A DNA stretch of 64,000 nucleotides from assembly GCA_965247115.1 (NCBI GenBank), contig CBDFGR010000003.1:224001-288000 (forward strand), written 5' to 3'. The DNA comes from Myxococcota bacterium. Its GTDB lineage: Bacteria; Myxococcota_A; UBA9160; SZUA-336. Both the position numbers and the translations under genes were made by a program. The notes beneath the pieces are model-generated. The model worked only from the letters and a program-made list of their open reading frames with translations, ran no database searches and was not told where the DNA came from. Of the stretch, positions 27,321-38,975 are shown piece after piece (the stretch's first letter is position 1; each line of letters opens with the position of its first letter).

Positions 27321-28337
27321 CTAGCGCCGCAGTGAGCGCAACTCTCCGCGCGCGAGCGTGATCGCCGCGTCGATCGCGCGCGTCAGACTGGTCTCGTTGG
27401 CGATACCCTGTCCGGCAATGTCGAATGCGGTGCCGTGATCGACTGACGTCCGTACAAAGGGGATGCCCATTGTGGCCGTCACGCTCTCCTCGAAGTGTTG
27501 AACCTTGATCGCGATGTGCCCCTGGTCGTGATAGAGGGCCAGCACCGCGTCGAACTCCCCTTTGATCGCTCTGTGAAACACCGAGTCGGCCGGATACGGT
27601 CCGACGATGTCCAAGTCCTCGGCGAGTGCCGCGTTGACGGCAGGTACGATCTCGTCGATCTCCTCGCGGCCGAGGAGCCCACCCTCGCCGCCGTGGGGAT
27701 TGAGCGCCGAGACCGCGATGCGCGGCCGCGGAATTCCCCAGCCGGTGAGGCTCTCCGCGGTAAGACGCAGCTTCGCAAGCACATTGTCCTTCGTCACGTA
27801 GCGCGCTGCCTCGATAAGCGACTTGTGCGTCGAGACGTGCGCCACACGAAGAGACTGATTCATGAGGATCGTCGCGGTCAGCTTTGCGCCCGTCACCCGC
27901 GCCAGAATTTCCTGATGGCCGATGTCGCCGATAAAACCTGCCGCGTGAACGGCCTCCTTGTGAATGGGACAAGTAACGATGGCTCTGACGCGGCCCTCCA
28001 GGGCCAGCGAGCTTGCGGATTCGATCGACTCGACCGCGGCGCGACCGCAGGCAGCGCTGATCTTGCCCGGAACGGCGTCCTCAGGTGTCAAGCTGGCCAG
28101 GTCGAGGACCTCGATCGTGTCCGGCTCGCCCGTTGCGTCGTCGACCTCTCCGATCCTGCGGACGGTGACGTTGGCGCCAATCAGGTCCACCGCGTCTTCG
28201 ATCGCCCAGGTTGCGCCGACGACCACCGGCACGCATCGCCCTTGGAGATCTTTGTTTGCGAGGGCGCGAGCCAGGATCTCTGGCCCGATCCCCGCAGCGT
28301 CCCCCATCGTGATGGCGATGCGCGGCCGTTCGCTCAT
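27321..28337 (-). CDS. pdxA: 4-hydroxythreonine-4-phosphate dehydrogenase family (PdxA/PdxA2)
   Basis: TMGDAAGIGPE, LNPHGGEGG, GPYPADS, YHDQGH, RTSVDHGTAFDIAG. Confidence 0.92.
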   Translation of the reverse strand: MSERPRIAITMGDAAGIGPEILARALANKDLQGRCVPVVVGATWAIEDAVDLIGANVTVRRIGEVDDATGEPDTIEVLDLASLTPEDAVPGKISAACGRAAVESIESASSLALEGRVRAIVTCPIHKEAVHAAGFIGDIGHQEILARVTGAKLTATILMNQSLRVAHVSTHKSLIEAARYVTKDNVLAKLRLTAESLTGWGIPRPRIAVSALNPHGGEGGLLGREEIDEIVPAVNAALAEDLDIVGPYPADSVFHRAIKGEFDAVLALYHDQGHIAIKVQHFEESVTATMGIPFVRTSVDHGTAFDIAGQGIANETSLTRAIDAAITLARGELRSLRR

Positions 28338-28453
28338 GTTGCCCACCCTATACCGGCTGAGCCGCCAACCGCAAAGACGACGAGGCTGAGGCGCGCCCAC
28401 CCTCGCACTGCGCTAGGCGCGTAGGTGGACTCGGACTTGGAGGTGCTGAGCCG

Positions 28454-28476
28454 CCTTCAAGCCCAGTCCTGGGCAC
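28454..28476 (+). repeat. Direct repeat of the tRNA-Leu 3' end (att-like remnant)
   Basis: CCAGTCCTGGGCAC (28463-28476) is identical to 25571-25584 and is preceded by a degenerate T-loop (TTCAAGC versus TTCGAAT). Confidence 0.6.
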
Positions 28477-28606
28477 GAGGAGAGGCCCAACACTACCCGG
28501 CCCCTGCGGATCAGCCAGGATCTGGGCTCCGAGGCGCCCAGTTTATTCGGAGCGGGCTCCGGGCGTCGAAGGGCACGGGGGTACGTCATGCTAGGCTTCG
28601 AGCGCG

Positions 28607-29398
28607 ATGAAGTCACGGGAGTTCGCGTCGGGCGACGCACACATACGATACATCGACGACCAGGGGTCGGGCGAGCCGGTGGTCCTCGTCCACGGCTTCA
28701 CCGGAAGCGCCGAGATGTGGGACGCCGTGACACCCCTAGTCTCCGGGCGCTTCCGCGTGATCGCGCTCGATTGCCGGGGGCATGGCGCGAGCAGCAAGCC
28801 GCACGACACAAATGCGTACGGCAGCGAGATGGTGGCCGACGTCGCGCGGCTGCTGGATGAGCTCACGATCGACGCCGCACACGTGGTCGGCTACTCGATG
28901 GGCGCCGAGATCGCGTTGAACTTCACGACCCGTTGGCCCGAGCGCGTCCGTTCGCTCTGCATGGGCGGCTCGGGCTGGTCCGGCCCCGACGATGCCGCGA
29001 ACTACATGCACTTGGGGGACGCGGTGGCCGAGGGTGGAAGTCTCGGCCCGCTCATTCACGCGATGCAACCGGAAGGAGCCCCTCCTCCGAGTGACGAGGA
29101 GATCGCGGTCATCGACGCGCTCCTGAGAGACAACGACCTGAAGGCCCTCGCTGCGGTCGCCCGAGCCATGCACGACATCATCAACCTTCCGCGGGAGGCG
29201 GTTGCCGGCGTGGCCGTCCCCGTACTCGGCATCTCCGGCGAGCACGATCCCGAGCGCGGCAACCTGGAGCGGATGGTGGGCGTCGTGCCGAACTTCACGA
29301 TGAAGGTGCTGGACGGCGTCGATCACATGGGGGCCGTCGCCGACCCTCGCCTGGGCACGTACATTCGGGAATTTCTGCTCGAACGCCTCGCTCGGTGA
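28607..29398 (+). CDS. Alpha/beta hydrolase
   Basis: HGF, DCRGHG, GYSMG nucleophile elbow, GEHD, DH. Confidence 0.9.
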   Translation: MKSREFASGDAHIRYIDDQGSGEPVVLVHGFTGSAEMWDAVTPLVSGRFRVIALDCRGHGASSKPHDTNAYGSEMVADVARLLDELTIDAAHVVGYSMGAEIALNFTTRWPERVRSLCMGGSGWSGPDDAANYMHLGDAVAEGGSLGPLIHAMQPEGAPPPSDEEIAVIDALLRDNDLKALAAVARAMHDIINLPREAVAGVAVPVLGISGEHDPERGNLERMVGVVPNFTMKVLDGVDHMGAVADPRLGTYIREFLLERLAR

Positions 29399-29459
29399 TT
29401 CTACGACGGGCCTCCTGGCCCATCACCACAGATAGACCCGGGCCTATGGCGGATGCGTC

Positions 29460-29900
29460 CTATTCGCTACCGCGGTGCGTTACGCGGCAAGGCACCCAGA
29501 CGTAGCCATCGGGATCGACGACGTAGCATTCGCGCAGGCCGTGACCCCTGTCAGTGGTGGGCGCCAAGATCTTGTGACCGGTATCGCGGGCGCGCCGCTC
29601 GGCTGCGTCTGGGTCGATGGCGTAGACACGCAGCTCCACTCCGGCTCCGCGCACGCCCTACGAACGATCGAGCAGTGGGTGGGTATCGTAAGTATGGTCT
29701 GCGTGCAGCATGAAGTCCGTCCCGTCGTGTTGGAGGGCCGCGAAGTCTGGGTCAGCGTACAGAGGGTCGAGCTGTAAGACCTCCCTCATGAACCGGACCG
29801 ACGTGGAGACGTCCCGCACCAACAGATTGACGCCCACGCCGCGCAGCGTGCTCGCGTACTCAGGCGCCGGCCGCCAAGGCTCGCCCGTCCGCAGTTTCAT
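29460..29900 (-). pseudogene. VOC/glyoxalase family gene with an in-frame TAG
   Basis: GVNLLVRDV...HADHTY...DRS*GVRGAGVELR...HGLRECYVVDPDGY in one frame; TAG at 29658-29660. Confidence 0.8.
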
Positions 29901-30058
29901 GAGTGGTGAATACCCCTGTCGCGTTGCCGAGTCACTGAGGCTTCCTAGCGACTGCGTACGTCGACCGATCGGAACTGCTGCCCAACCCACGCTGTTCGCC
30001 TTGGCTGGCGTTCGTCGATGCAATGCATCCTAGAGCCGTCTCCATCGAAAAATGGGGT

Positions 30059-31051
30059 TCACGCATCATCTCGGCCAGGAACGACCGTGGACTCCGGGGG
30101 CAGACCCGCGGCGACGCGGCGAATGTTCGCGAAGCCAAACTCGAGCCGGCGACTCCACGTATCCAGGCTCACGCCGGCGACGTGCGGCGTCAGGACCACG
30201 TTGTCGAGCGACGTCAGGGAGTGGTCGCCGACGAGCGGCTCGACCGCGAAGACGTCCAGGCCCGCACCCGCGAGGCGCCGCTCGAGAAGCGCTGTCGTGA
30301 GCGCGACCTCATCCACCACGGGTCCGCGTGACGTGTTGATGAGGATAGCCGAGGGCCGCATGAGGCCGAACGCCCGGGTGTCGATTAGGCTGTGTGTCTC
30401 CGGCGTGAGCGGCGCGTGCACGCTGACCACGTCGGACTCGCGCAGCAACGTGTCCAGGTCGACCCGCGTCGCCCCGGTCTCGCGCTCGACCTCTTCGGGT
30501 GCCGGCCGAGGGTCGAAGTAGCAGACGCTGACGCCAAAGCCGCGCGAGAGGCGCGCCAGCTCGCGGCCGATTCTCCCGAATCCGACTATGCCCAGCCGCT
30601 TGCCGCGAAACTCTCGCATGCTCAGCGTCTCGCGCGCCCCGAGCCAGCGCCCGGCCCGCAGCTCGCGATCATGAAGGGGTAGCTTCTTGTACACCGCCAG
30701 AATCAAGAGCAGGGCGTGCTCCGCGACCGTCGGCGCGTTGGCTCCCCCGTTGTTCGCGACGGGGACACCAGCGCGCGAGAAGCCTGCCAAGTCCAGCCAC
30801 TCGTAGCCCGCGCTCAGAATCTGAAACAGCTTGAGCCGCTTGGCGGCGGCAAGCTCCCCCGCGGACGGGTCGCCGGGATAGCCGAGCCAGAAGTCGGCGC
30901 CGGCCAGCTTCTCGAGGCGTTCGTCGGGCGACGACCCCTGCTCCAGCAGCTGGAGCGCGAAGCCCGGCGGCAGCTGCCGCTGCGCCAATTCGATGACTTC
31001 CTCGGGGACGAGCCGCTGCGCGTGGAGAAATACTATCTGCTCTTGAGCCAC
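30059..31051 (-). CDS. D-2-hydroxyacid dehydrogenase
   Basis: GIVGFGRIG, INTSRG, GLDVFAVEP, LTPHVAG. Confidence 0.92.
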   Translation of the reverse strand: MAQEQIVFLHAQRLVPEEVIELAQRQLPPGFALQLLEQGSSPDERLEKLAGADFWLGYPGDPSAGELAAAKRLKLFQILSAGYEWLDLAGFSRAGVPVANNGGANAPTVAEHALLLILAVYKKLPLHDRELRAGRWLGARETLSMREFRGKRLGIVGFGRIGRELARLSRGFGVSVCYFDPRPAPEEVERETGATRVDLDTLLRESDVVSVHAPLTPETHSLIDTRAFGLMRPSAILINTSRGPVVDEVALTTALLERRLAGAGLDVFAVEPLVGDHSLTSLDNVVLTPHVAGVSLDTWSRRLEFGFANIRRVAAGLPPESTVVPGRDDA

Positions 31052-31056
31052 GGCGG

Positions 31057-32004
31057 TTAGCGGACCCCGGCTGCGGAAAAACCGTTGTGGATGATCTGCT
31101 TGATGCGGTCTTCGGGAATCCGGACCTGCACTCCGGCTCGCTCCTCCTGCAGGAGCATTACCGACCGCGAGTCACGACCGGCCCAGCCGCGGTTCATCGC
31201 TTCGGTCATCTCCTGAAGTGTCAGATTCGCGAGGCGCATCGGCACGTCGAACTCACGGCCGAGCTCGCATGCCAGGTTCACGTCCTTGCGGGCCAGCTCC
31301 AGCGCAAAGGCCGGCGGATCGAAATTCCCGGCCAGGAAGTTGCGGCTCATCGTGTCGAACGTGCGTAGGCGGCCAAGCGCGCCCATCCGCACTGCCTCCC
31401 AAAGCGCAGCAGCGTCGACGCCGGCCTTGACGCCCATAGTGAAGGTCTCGGCGAGTGCGGCGTTGAGAATGTAGCCGCTGCAGTTGTGCACGAGCTTGGC
31501 CACCGAGCCAGCTCCAATCGGGCCGACGAGGTGGGGCGCATCACTGAACGACTGCAACACCGGCAGCCATCGCTCGAACGCCTCGGGCTCGCCGCCGACC
31601 CAGATCGCCAGCTTCCCGGACCTCGCGCCGTCGGGACCTCCGCTGACCGGTGCATCGAACACCGTGACACCGAGCGCTGCTAGCTCGGCGGCGATAGAGC
31701 GGACAACGGTAGGCGAGTTCGTGGACAGGTCAAAGTATGCAAGACCGTCGTGGGCCCCGTCCCGAATGCCTCGGTCGCCGAGCGCAACCAGCCTCACCTC
31801 CCTCGGTCCCGGGAGCGAGGTGAACACGATGTCGCTGAGCGCGGCGAGCTCCGCCGGATCGTCAGCCCACTCGGCCCCGTTCTCGACGTGCGGGTCGCCA
31901 GCGTCTCGGCGCAGGTCGTGCACGACCAGGTCGTAGCCTGCCTCGATGAGGTTCATCGCCATGCTCGACCCCATCGTTCCGAGGCCGATGAATCCGATCC
32001 TCAC
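31057..32004 (-). CDS. Beta-hydroxyacid dehydrogenase (3-hydroxyisobutyrate/tartronate semialdehyde reductase family)
   Basis: GFIGLGTMG, DAPVSGG, AKLVHN, KD motif; GTG start with GGGAGG. Confidence 0.9.
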   Translation of the reverse strand: MRIGFIGLGTMGSSMAMNLIEAGYDLVVHDLRRDAGDPHVENGAEWADDPAELAALSDIVFTSLPGPREVRLVALGDRGIRDGAHDGLAYFDLSTNSPTVVRSIAAELAALGVTVFDAPVSGGPDGARSGKLAIWVGGEPEAFERWLPVLQSFSDAPHLVGPIGAGSVAKLVHNCSGYILNAALAETFTMGVKAGVDAAALWEAVRMGALGRLRTFDTMSRNFLAGNFDPPAFALELARKDVNLACELGREFDVPMRLANLTLQEMTEAMNRGWAGRDSRSVMLLQEERAGVQVRIPEDRIKQIIHNGFSAAGVR

Positions 32005-32062
32005 GTTCGACCTCCCTGGTCGGCTCATGATGGAGTGAGACGACGCCGCCCTCGAGGGCGGC

Positions 32063-32389
32063 TCACTGGGCGCCCTTGGCCGAGGGCAGCACGTCCAGCG
32101 CGACCCGTCCGGCGTTGACCGCCGTCGGCCAGCCGCCGTAAAAGGCAAGATGAGTGATCAGACCTTTGATCTCGTCCTCGGTGACGCCGTTGTCGAGCGC
32201 CCGCTTCATGTGTAACTTGAGCTCATCAGTGCGGTAGAGCGCGGTGAGCACTGCCACGGTGATGAGGCTGCGGTCGCGCTTGGAGAGCGACTCCTCTTCC
32301 CACACATCACCGAACAGGACCTCGTCGCGGAGCTGACCGAGCTTCGGGATGAGCTCGTAGACGGGATGGGTTGCAGGGTGGTCGGCCAT
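32063..32389 (-). CDS. Carboxymuconolactone decarboxylase family protein
   Basis: LFGDVW...LSKRDRSLIT...HLAFYGGWP. Confidence 0.88.
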   Translation of the reverse strand: MADHPATHPVYELIPKLGQLRDEVLFGDVWEEESLSKRDRSLITVAVLTALYRTDELKLHMKRALDNGVTEDEIKGLITHLAFYGGWPTAVNAGRVALDVLPSAKGAQ

Positions 32390-32454
32390 CGTGACTCCTT
32401 TGCTTTCTACTCGGCGTACAGCCAGGATAGCTCGGGTAGCAGCCGAATTGGCTG

Positions 32455-32575
32455 AGATGGTCTGCACCCATCGAGCGCAGCATCTCGAGTTTCTCGGCGC
32501 GGTCCACGCAAGTCACTTCAGCCGCGAATGACTTCGCCCGGGTGAACCGTACTTGTGGCGAACCATCGCTTTCAT
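32455..32575 (-). pseudogene. Internally deleted remnant of an MDR oxidoreductase
   Basis: MKAMVRHKYGSPG joined out of frame to AKSFAAEVTCVDRAEKLEMLRSMGADH; both pieces match distant parts of 33455..34435. Confidence 0.7.
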
Positions 32576-32590
32576 CGTCCCCCCCCTCTC

Positions 32591-32745
32591 TTCATGTCGA
32601 TAATACACTAACTATAGTGTAAGAAAGACACGAATCGAACGGGTGCGACGCCTGGCGCCGGCGTCGGTATCCTGGGTCACGGGAACCCCAGTCCGCTTGA
32701 TTTCGTGTTACTCATACACTGTAGATAGTGTATATGGTACGCAGA
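32591..32745. promoter_or_regulatory. Four NrtR-type operators in two tandem pairs
   Basis: GT-N7-AC cores at 32596, 32619, 32707 and 32730 (consensus GTGT-N7-ACAC), 23-bp spacing within each pair, AT-rich. Confidence 0.75.
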
Positions 32746-32752
32746 GAGTCGG

Positions 32753-33442
32753 ATGTCCTACACCTACGAATACCCGCGAGCTGCGCTGACCGTGGACTGC
32801 GTCGTCTTCGGGCTGGGCGCCAAAGACCTCAAGGTGATGCTGATCCAGCGCGACCTGCCTCCATTCGAGGGGGAGTGGGCCCTGCCCGGTGGTTTTGTAC
32901 GGGTCGAGGAGACGGTGGACGAGGCGGCGCGGCGCGAGCTGGAGGAAGAAACCGGGCTTTCCGGCGTGTTCCTCGAGCAGCTGTACACATTTGGCGCCGT
33001 GGCTCGGGATCCGCGCGAGCGAGTGGTATCGGTCGCCTACTACGCGCTGGTGAACCTGGCCGACCAGCCGGTGCAGGCGGCCACCGATGCGCGGGAGGCG
33101 GCGTGGTTTCCGGTCCATGACGTACCGTCGCCGGCCTTCGACCACGCCGAGATCCTGGACGCGGCGCTGGAGCGGCTGCGCGGCAAGCTGGCCTACCAGC
33201 CGATCAGTTTCGAGCTCCTGCCCCAGAAGTTCACGCTCTCGCAGCTCCAGCATTTGTACGAGGTCGTGCTGGAGCGCGAGCTGGACAAGCGGAACTTCCG
33301 CAAGAAGGTGCTGGCCACGGGTCTGCTCGTGGAGACCGACGAGGTACAGCAGGACGTAGCCCACCGCGCAGCGCGTCTCTACCGCTTCGACGAGCGCAAG
33401 TACAAGCAGCTCGCCCGAGATGGCTTCCACTTCGCGATTTGA
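32753..33442 (+). CDS. nrtR: NrtR-family Nudix/wHTH regulator
   Basis: WALPGGF...[45 protein letters not shown]. Confidence 0.9.
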   Translation: MSYTYEYPRAALTVDCVVFGLGAKDLKVMLIQRDLPPFEGEWALPGGFVRVEETVDEAARRELEEETGLSGVFLEQLYTFGAVARDPRERVVSVAYYALVNLADQPVQAATDAREAAWFPVHDVPSPAFDHAEILDAALERLRGKLAYQPISFELLPQKFTLSQLQHLYEVVLERELDKRNFRKKVLATGLLVETDEVQQDVAHRAARLYRFDERKYKQLARDGFHFAI

Positions 33443-33454
33443 ACGGAGTTCACG

Positions 33455-34435
33455 ATGAAGGCGATTGTCTACCGCGAGTACGGTTCCCCCGACGTTCTCA
33501 AACTTGATGACATCCCAAAGCCGACGGTCAGGGACGATCAGGTCCTGATCAAGGTTCATGCAGCGACAGTAGGAACCTGGGACTGTGAAGCCCGAAGTTT
33601 CACGTTCCCCCTCTGGTTCTGGCTGCCCTTGCGTCTCGCAATGGGTCTCCGAACGCCAAGATGGCCGGTACTCGGACAGGAGCTAGCAGGGGAAATTGAA
33701 GCTGTTGGCAAGGACGTAGAACGCTTTGAGAAAGGCGACCAGGTTTTTGCATCGACCGGCCTGGGTTTTGGCGCTCATGCGGAATACAAGTGTATGTCGA
33801 GCACAGGTGCGGTCGCGATCAAACCGGCCAACATGAGCTATGAGGAAGCCGCCGGCATTCCGACCGGCGGCGACAACGCACTCCACTTTATTCGAAAGGC
33901 AGACATTCAGAGCGGAGAGAGCGTTCTCGTCAATGGCGCTGGGGGGAACATCGGCGTTGTTGCGGTACAGCTCGCCAAGCATTTCGGAGCTGAGGTCACT
34001 GCCGTGGACAGTCTGGAGAAGCTGGACATGCTACGCGCGATCGGCGCAGACCACGTCATCGACTACGCAAGAGAAGACTTTACCAGGAGCGGCAAGACCT
34101 ACGATGTCATTCTCGACGTGGTCCACAAGAGCTCGTTTTCGGGTTGCGTACGATCGCTCAAGCCAAATGGACGCTACCTGCTGGCCAACCCCAGGCTGTT
34201 CTCGATGGTTCGAGCGCTCTGGACGTCGAAGACAAGCAGCAAGAAGGTCATGTTCGAGTTCGCAGGCTCAAAGCCCAAGGATCTGGTCGCCCTCAAAGAG
34301 CTCGTCGAGGCGGGAAAGATCCGCGCGGTCATCGACAAGCGCTATCCGCTGGAACGAGCTTCCGAGGCTCATGCCTATGTGGATACGGGACGCAGAAAGG
34401 GGACCGTTGTCCTAGCCGTTCGACCCGGCGACTGA
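33455..34435 (+). CDS. NAD(P)-dependent MDR-family oxidoreductase
   Basis: MKAIVYREYGSPDVL, GQELAG, NGAGGNIG, GADHVIDY. Confidence 0.9.
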   Translation: MKAIVYREYGSPDVLKLDDIPKPTVRDDQVLIKVHAATVGTWDCEARSFTFPLWFWLPLRLAMGLRTPRWPVLGQELAGEIEAVGKDVERFEKGDQVFASTGLGFGAHAEYKCMSSTGAVAIKPANMSYEEAAGIPTGGDNALHFIRKADIQSGESVLVNGAGGNIGVVAVQLAKHFGAEVTAVDSLEKLDMLRAIGADHVIDYAREDFTRSGKTYDVILDVVHKSSFSGCVRSLKPNGRYLLANPRLFSMVRALWTSKTSSKKVMFEFAGSKPKDLVALKELVEAGKIRAVIDKRYPLERASEAHAYVDTGRRKGTVVLAVRPGD

Positions 34436-34455
34436 ACACCCCGAGGGGTGGACCA

Positions 34456-36090
<1,635 letters not shown>

Positions 36091-36207
36091 CTTCCTTTGC
36101 CCCCGAGTTGCCCTTCCAGCGCTATCCTAGCGTTATACAAGACTCCGCGCGCGGCATTCAATATCGCACCCGAACTCGTGGTAGGCTGAACGGCGACGCG
36201 AGGAGTC

Positions 36208-38112
36208 ATGAAGATGAGCTGGTTAGTTGTGGCGTGTGTCGCCGTCACGGTGTTGCTGCCGACGGCGACCCGGGCCCAGATGACGGATTCTCGGTACAAT
36301 TTCCTGTACGAGGAGAAGTGCGCGGTCTGCCACGGAACGACGAGCCTCGTCCCCCGCGCGGTCAGTCGCGAAGCCCTCCGAGCGTTTTCCCCGGAGCGGG
36401 TGTTCGAGGCGCTGACGACCGGGGTGATGGCAGCCAATGCGAGCGAGCTCTCGGAGGAGGATAAGCGCGGGCTGGCCGCATTCCTGACCGGGCGCCCGTT
36501 CGGGAACGTCGCGGACCGCTCGGCGCAGGCGATGCCGAACCAGTGCGCCAGTGGCATGCCGATGGGCGATCCGTCGGCCGGGCCGCACTGGAACGGCATG
36601 AGCCCCGATCCCGCCACCAGCACTCGCTTTCAGCCGGCCGCTGCTGCGGGGCTTACGGTGGAACAGCTGCCGCGGCTGCGACGGAAGTGGGCGTTCGGCT
36701 TTCCGGATGGCAGCGCTGTCCGCGGCCAGCCGACGGTGGCGGGGGGACGGGTGTTCGTGGGTAGCGACAACGGGATGGTGTACGCACTCGACGCAAAGAC
36801 CGGCTGTGTGCACTGGTCCTTTGAGACCGGGGAAGCCGTGGTGACAGCCGTCAGCGTGGGTACCGTGCCCGGGTCGCAAGATCGCTACGCCGCGTACTTC
36901 GGGGATTTCCGGGCAAACGTCTATGCCGTGGACGCCGAGACGGGCGAGCGGCTGTGGACGGCGCAGGTGGACGACCACGAGATGGCGAAGATCACGGGTT
37001 CGCCCGTGCTCGATGCCCAGGGGGGACGCCTGTATGTGTCGGTAGGTTCGTGGGAGGAGGGCCGTACCGACCTCAACCCCTTGTACGAGTGCTGCACATC
37101 GCAGGGCAGCGTGGTTGCCCTGGACGTGAAGACCGGCCAGCAGATCTGGAAGACCTACACGATCCCCGAGCGTCCCAGGCCGGTCAGGAAGAGCTCGGCC
37201 GGCACGCAGCTGTACGGCCCAGCGGGTGCCGGGGTCTGGGCGGCACCCACGCTCGACTATCGGCGCCGCGTCCTCTATGTCGGCACAGCCAATGGCTATA
37301 TCAACGTGCCGGACTCGGGCTCCACTGACGCCGTCATCGCCTTCGACCTCGACACCGGCAAGAGGCGCTGGTCGACCCAACTGCTTGCTGGCGATTTGAA
37401 CTGCGTGGAAGGTGGAACGACTGATGCCGAGCGCAATTGTTCCCGCACGACACGGAATCCCAACGACGATGTGTCCGGGTCGCCCGTCCTGTACACGCTG
37501 CCGAACGGCCGCCAGATTCTGATCGCCGGGCAGGAGAGCGGAAGAATCACGGCACTGGACCCCGACAGTAACGGCGCTGTGCTGTGGGTTGCGCAGCCCG
37601 GTGACGCGGCATGGCCACAAGGCTCCGGCATGGGCGCCGCCGCGGATGGAGAGCTCTACTACAGACCGCTCGCGTCGTGCTCGTCGGCAGCCGGTGCCGC
37701 CCAGGCGCCCGCAATGGCTTGTGCCAACGAGACGGGTGCGATGGTCGCATTCCGGCCCTCGACGGGCGAGCGGGTCTGGTCCACGACGCACCCGAAGCCG
37801 ACGAATTGCTCCGACCCCGAGGCGATCTGGTGCAGCTCGGGACTGTTCGGGGCGGCGACGGTCATCCCCGGTGTCGTGTTCGCGGGGGCGAGAGACGGCA
37901 CCCTGCGCGGGTACTCGACGCGGGACGGCGAGGTCCTGTGGGAATACAACACCATGCAAGAGTACGAGACGGTGAACGGCGTGCGAGCCAAGGGGGGCTC
38001 GATCGGTGGCCATGGGCCGGCGATCGTCGGGGGGATGCTGTTCATGGGCTCCGGCTACAACGTCACCCAGACGGCCTCTGGCAACGTGCTGCTCGCGTTC
38101 GAAGTCGAGTAG
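36208..38112 (+). CDS. PQQ-dependent quinohaemoprotein dehydrogenase (PVA-dehydrogenase-like)
   Basis: Signal peptide, N-terminal CAVCH, KWAFG, YECCT, repeated ALDAxTG..W propeller motifs, C-terminal GNVLLAF. Confidence 0.88.
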   Translation: MKMSWLVVACVAVTVLLPTATRAQMTDSRYNFLYEEKCAVCHGTTSLVPRAVSREALRAFSPERVFEALTTGVMAANASELSEEDKRGLAAFLTGRPFGNVADRSAQAMPNQCASGMPMGDPSAGPHWNGMSPDPATSTRFQPAAAAGLTVEQLPRLRRKWAFGFPDGSAVRGQPTVAGGRVFVGSDNGMVYALDAKTGCVHWSFETGEAVVTAVSVGTVPGSQDRYAAYFGDFRANVYAVDAETGERLWTAQVDDHEMAKITGSPVLDAQGGRLYVSVGSWEEGRTDLNPLYECCTSQGSVVALDVKTGQQIWKTYTIPERPRPVRKSSAGTQLYGPAGAGVWAAPTLDYRRRVLYVGTANGYINVPDSGSTDAVIAFDLDTGKRRWSTQLLAGDLNCVEGGTTDAERNCSRTTRNPNDDVSGSPVLYTLPNGRQILIAGQESGRITALDPDSNGAVLWVAQPGDAAWPQGSGMGAAADGELYYRPLASCSSAAGAAQAPAMACANETGAMVAFRPSTGERVWSTTHPKPTNCSDPEAIWCSSGLFGAATVIPGVVFAGARDGTLRGYSTRDGEVLWEYNTMQEYETVNGVRAKGGSIGGHGPAIVGGMLFMGSGYNVTQTASGNVLLAFEVE

Positions 38113-38133
38113 CGAGTCAGGCTCCGCCGCAGC

Positions 38134-38931
38134 TCAATCCGCGTGCTTGCGGATGTTGGCTTCCACTTCCTTCCGAAACGGTCGGAGCTCGGGCGCAAAC
38201 GCCGGGTGCTCGGAGAGCGCATCGTAGTGGGCGATGGCCCTTGGATGCTGATCCCAGTTGATGGGCTCGCAATCCATCTCGCGGACGGTATTCGCCCACG
38301 CGCGCTCTCTCGAAAAGAGTGCGATCTCAGCGGCGAAGCATACATCGGCCAGCGTGACATCGGAGCCTACGAGGAACTCGCTCGATCCGTCCAACGCTTG
38401 ATCGATTCCGGAGAGATAGGTGTGAAACGCATCCTTCGCGCGCTGGTAGACCTCGGGCGTCAAGGATCCGCCACCCAGTGCCAGAAGGTAGATCTGGCAA
38501 TCCCGCGCGAACACCAGACTTGCATCGAGGAAGCTGTCGATGCGCGAGGCCGTGTACGGATCGGTGCCGTAGGCGGGATAGTTGCTCGCACCGATCCTGG
38601 CCACCGCACGCATGATGCTGTTGGACTCGAAGATGCCGATCGAGCCATCCGGGCTGAATGCGGCGGGCACCGTGCCCCAAGGATGGGCCTCGAGGAAAGC
38701 ATCGGTCTTGAACAGATTCGTGCGAAACCCTGTGTGGCCCTGGCGCGATAGGTCTCTGTTCGGTCGATCGTCTTCGCTCAAGGGGCGTGCGTCGAAGTCC
38801 CACAGCCAGTCGGCGAGCTCGTGCCCCTTCGCGCCATGGACTTCAACGTCCACGTCGCAGAGTCGCGCCGTGATCGTGGCTTTCCAGACTCTGGGATTCG
38901 GCAGGTAGGAAAAGATGCGAAGCTGTGCCAT
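38134..38931 (-). CDS. GST-family protein (EF-1gamma-like)
   Basis: HPWGTVPAAF, IFESNSI, FLVGSDVTLAD. Confidence 0.8.
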   Translation of the reverse strand: MAQLRIFSYLPNPRVWKATITARLCDVDVEVHGAKGHELADWLWDFDARPLSEDDRPNRDLSRQGHTGFRTNLFKTDAFLEAHPWGTVPAAFSPDGSIGIFESNSIMRAVARIGASNYPAYGTDPYTASRIDSFLDASLVFARDCQIYLLALGGGSLTPEVYQRAKDAFHTYLSGIDQALDGSSEFLVGSDVTLADVCFAAEIALFSRERAWANTVREMDCEPINWDQHPRAIAHYDALSEHPAFAPELRPFRKEVEANIRKHAD

Positions 38932-38975
38932 GTCCTCTCCCCGGCAGCCTAGCAGATGGGTACCCTGCCGAGCTG

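Noticed and set aside
29658..29660. Pyrrolysine recoding
   Set aside because: No pyl genes in the window, TAG is a common stop here, and the site is non-catalytic
34437..34450. Intrinsic terminator CACCC-CGAG-GGGTG
   Set aside because: Short stem without a U-tract
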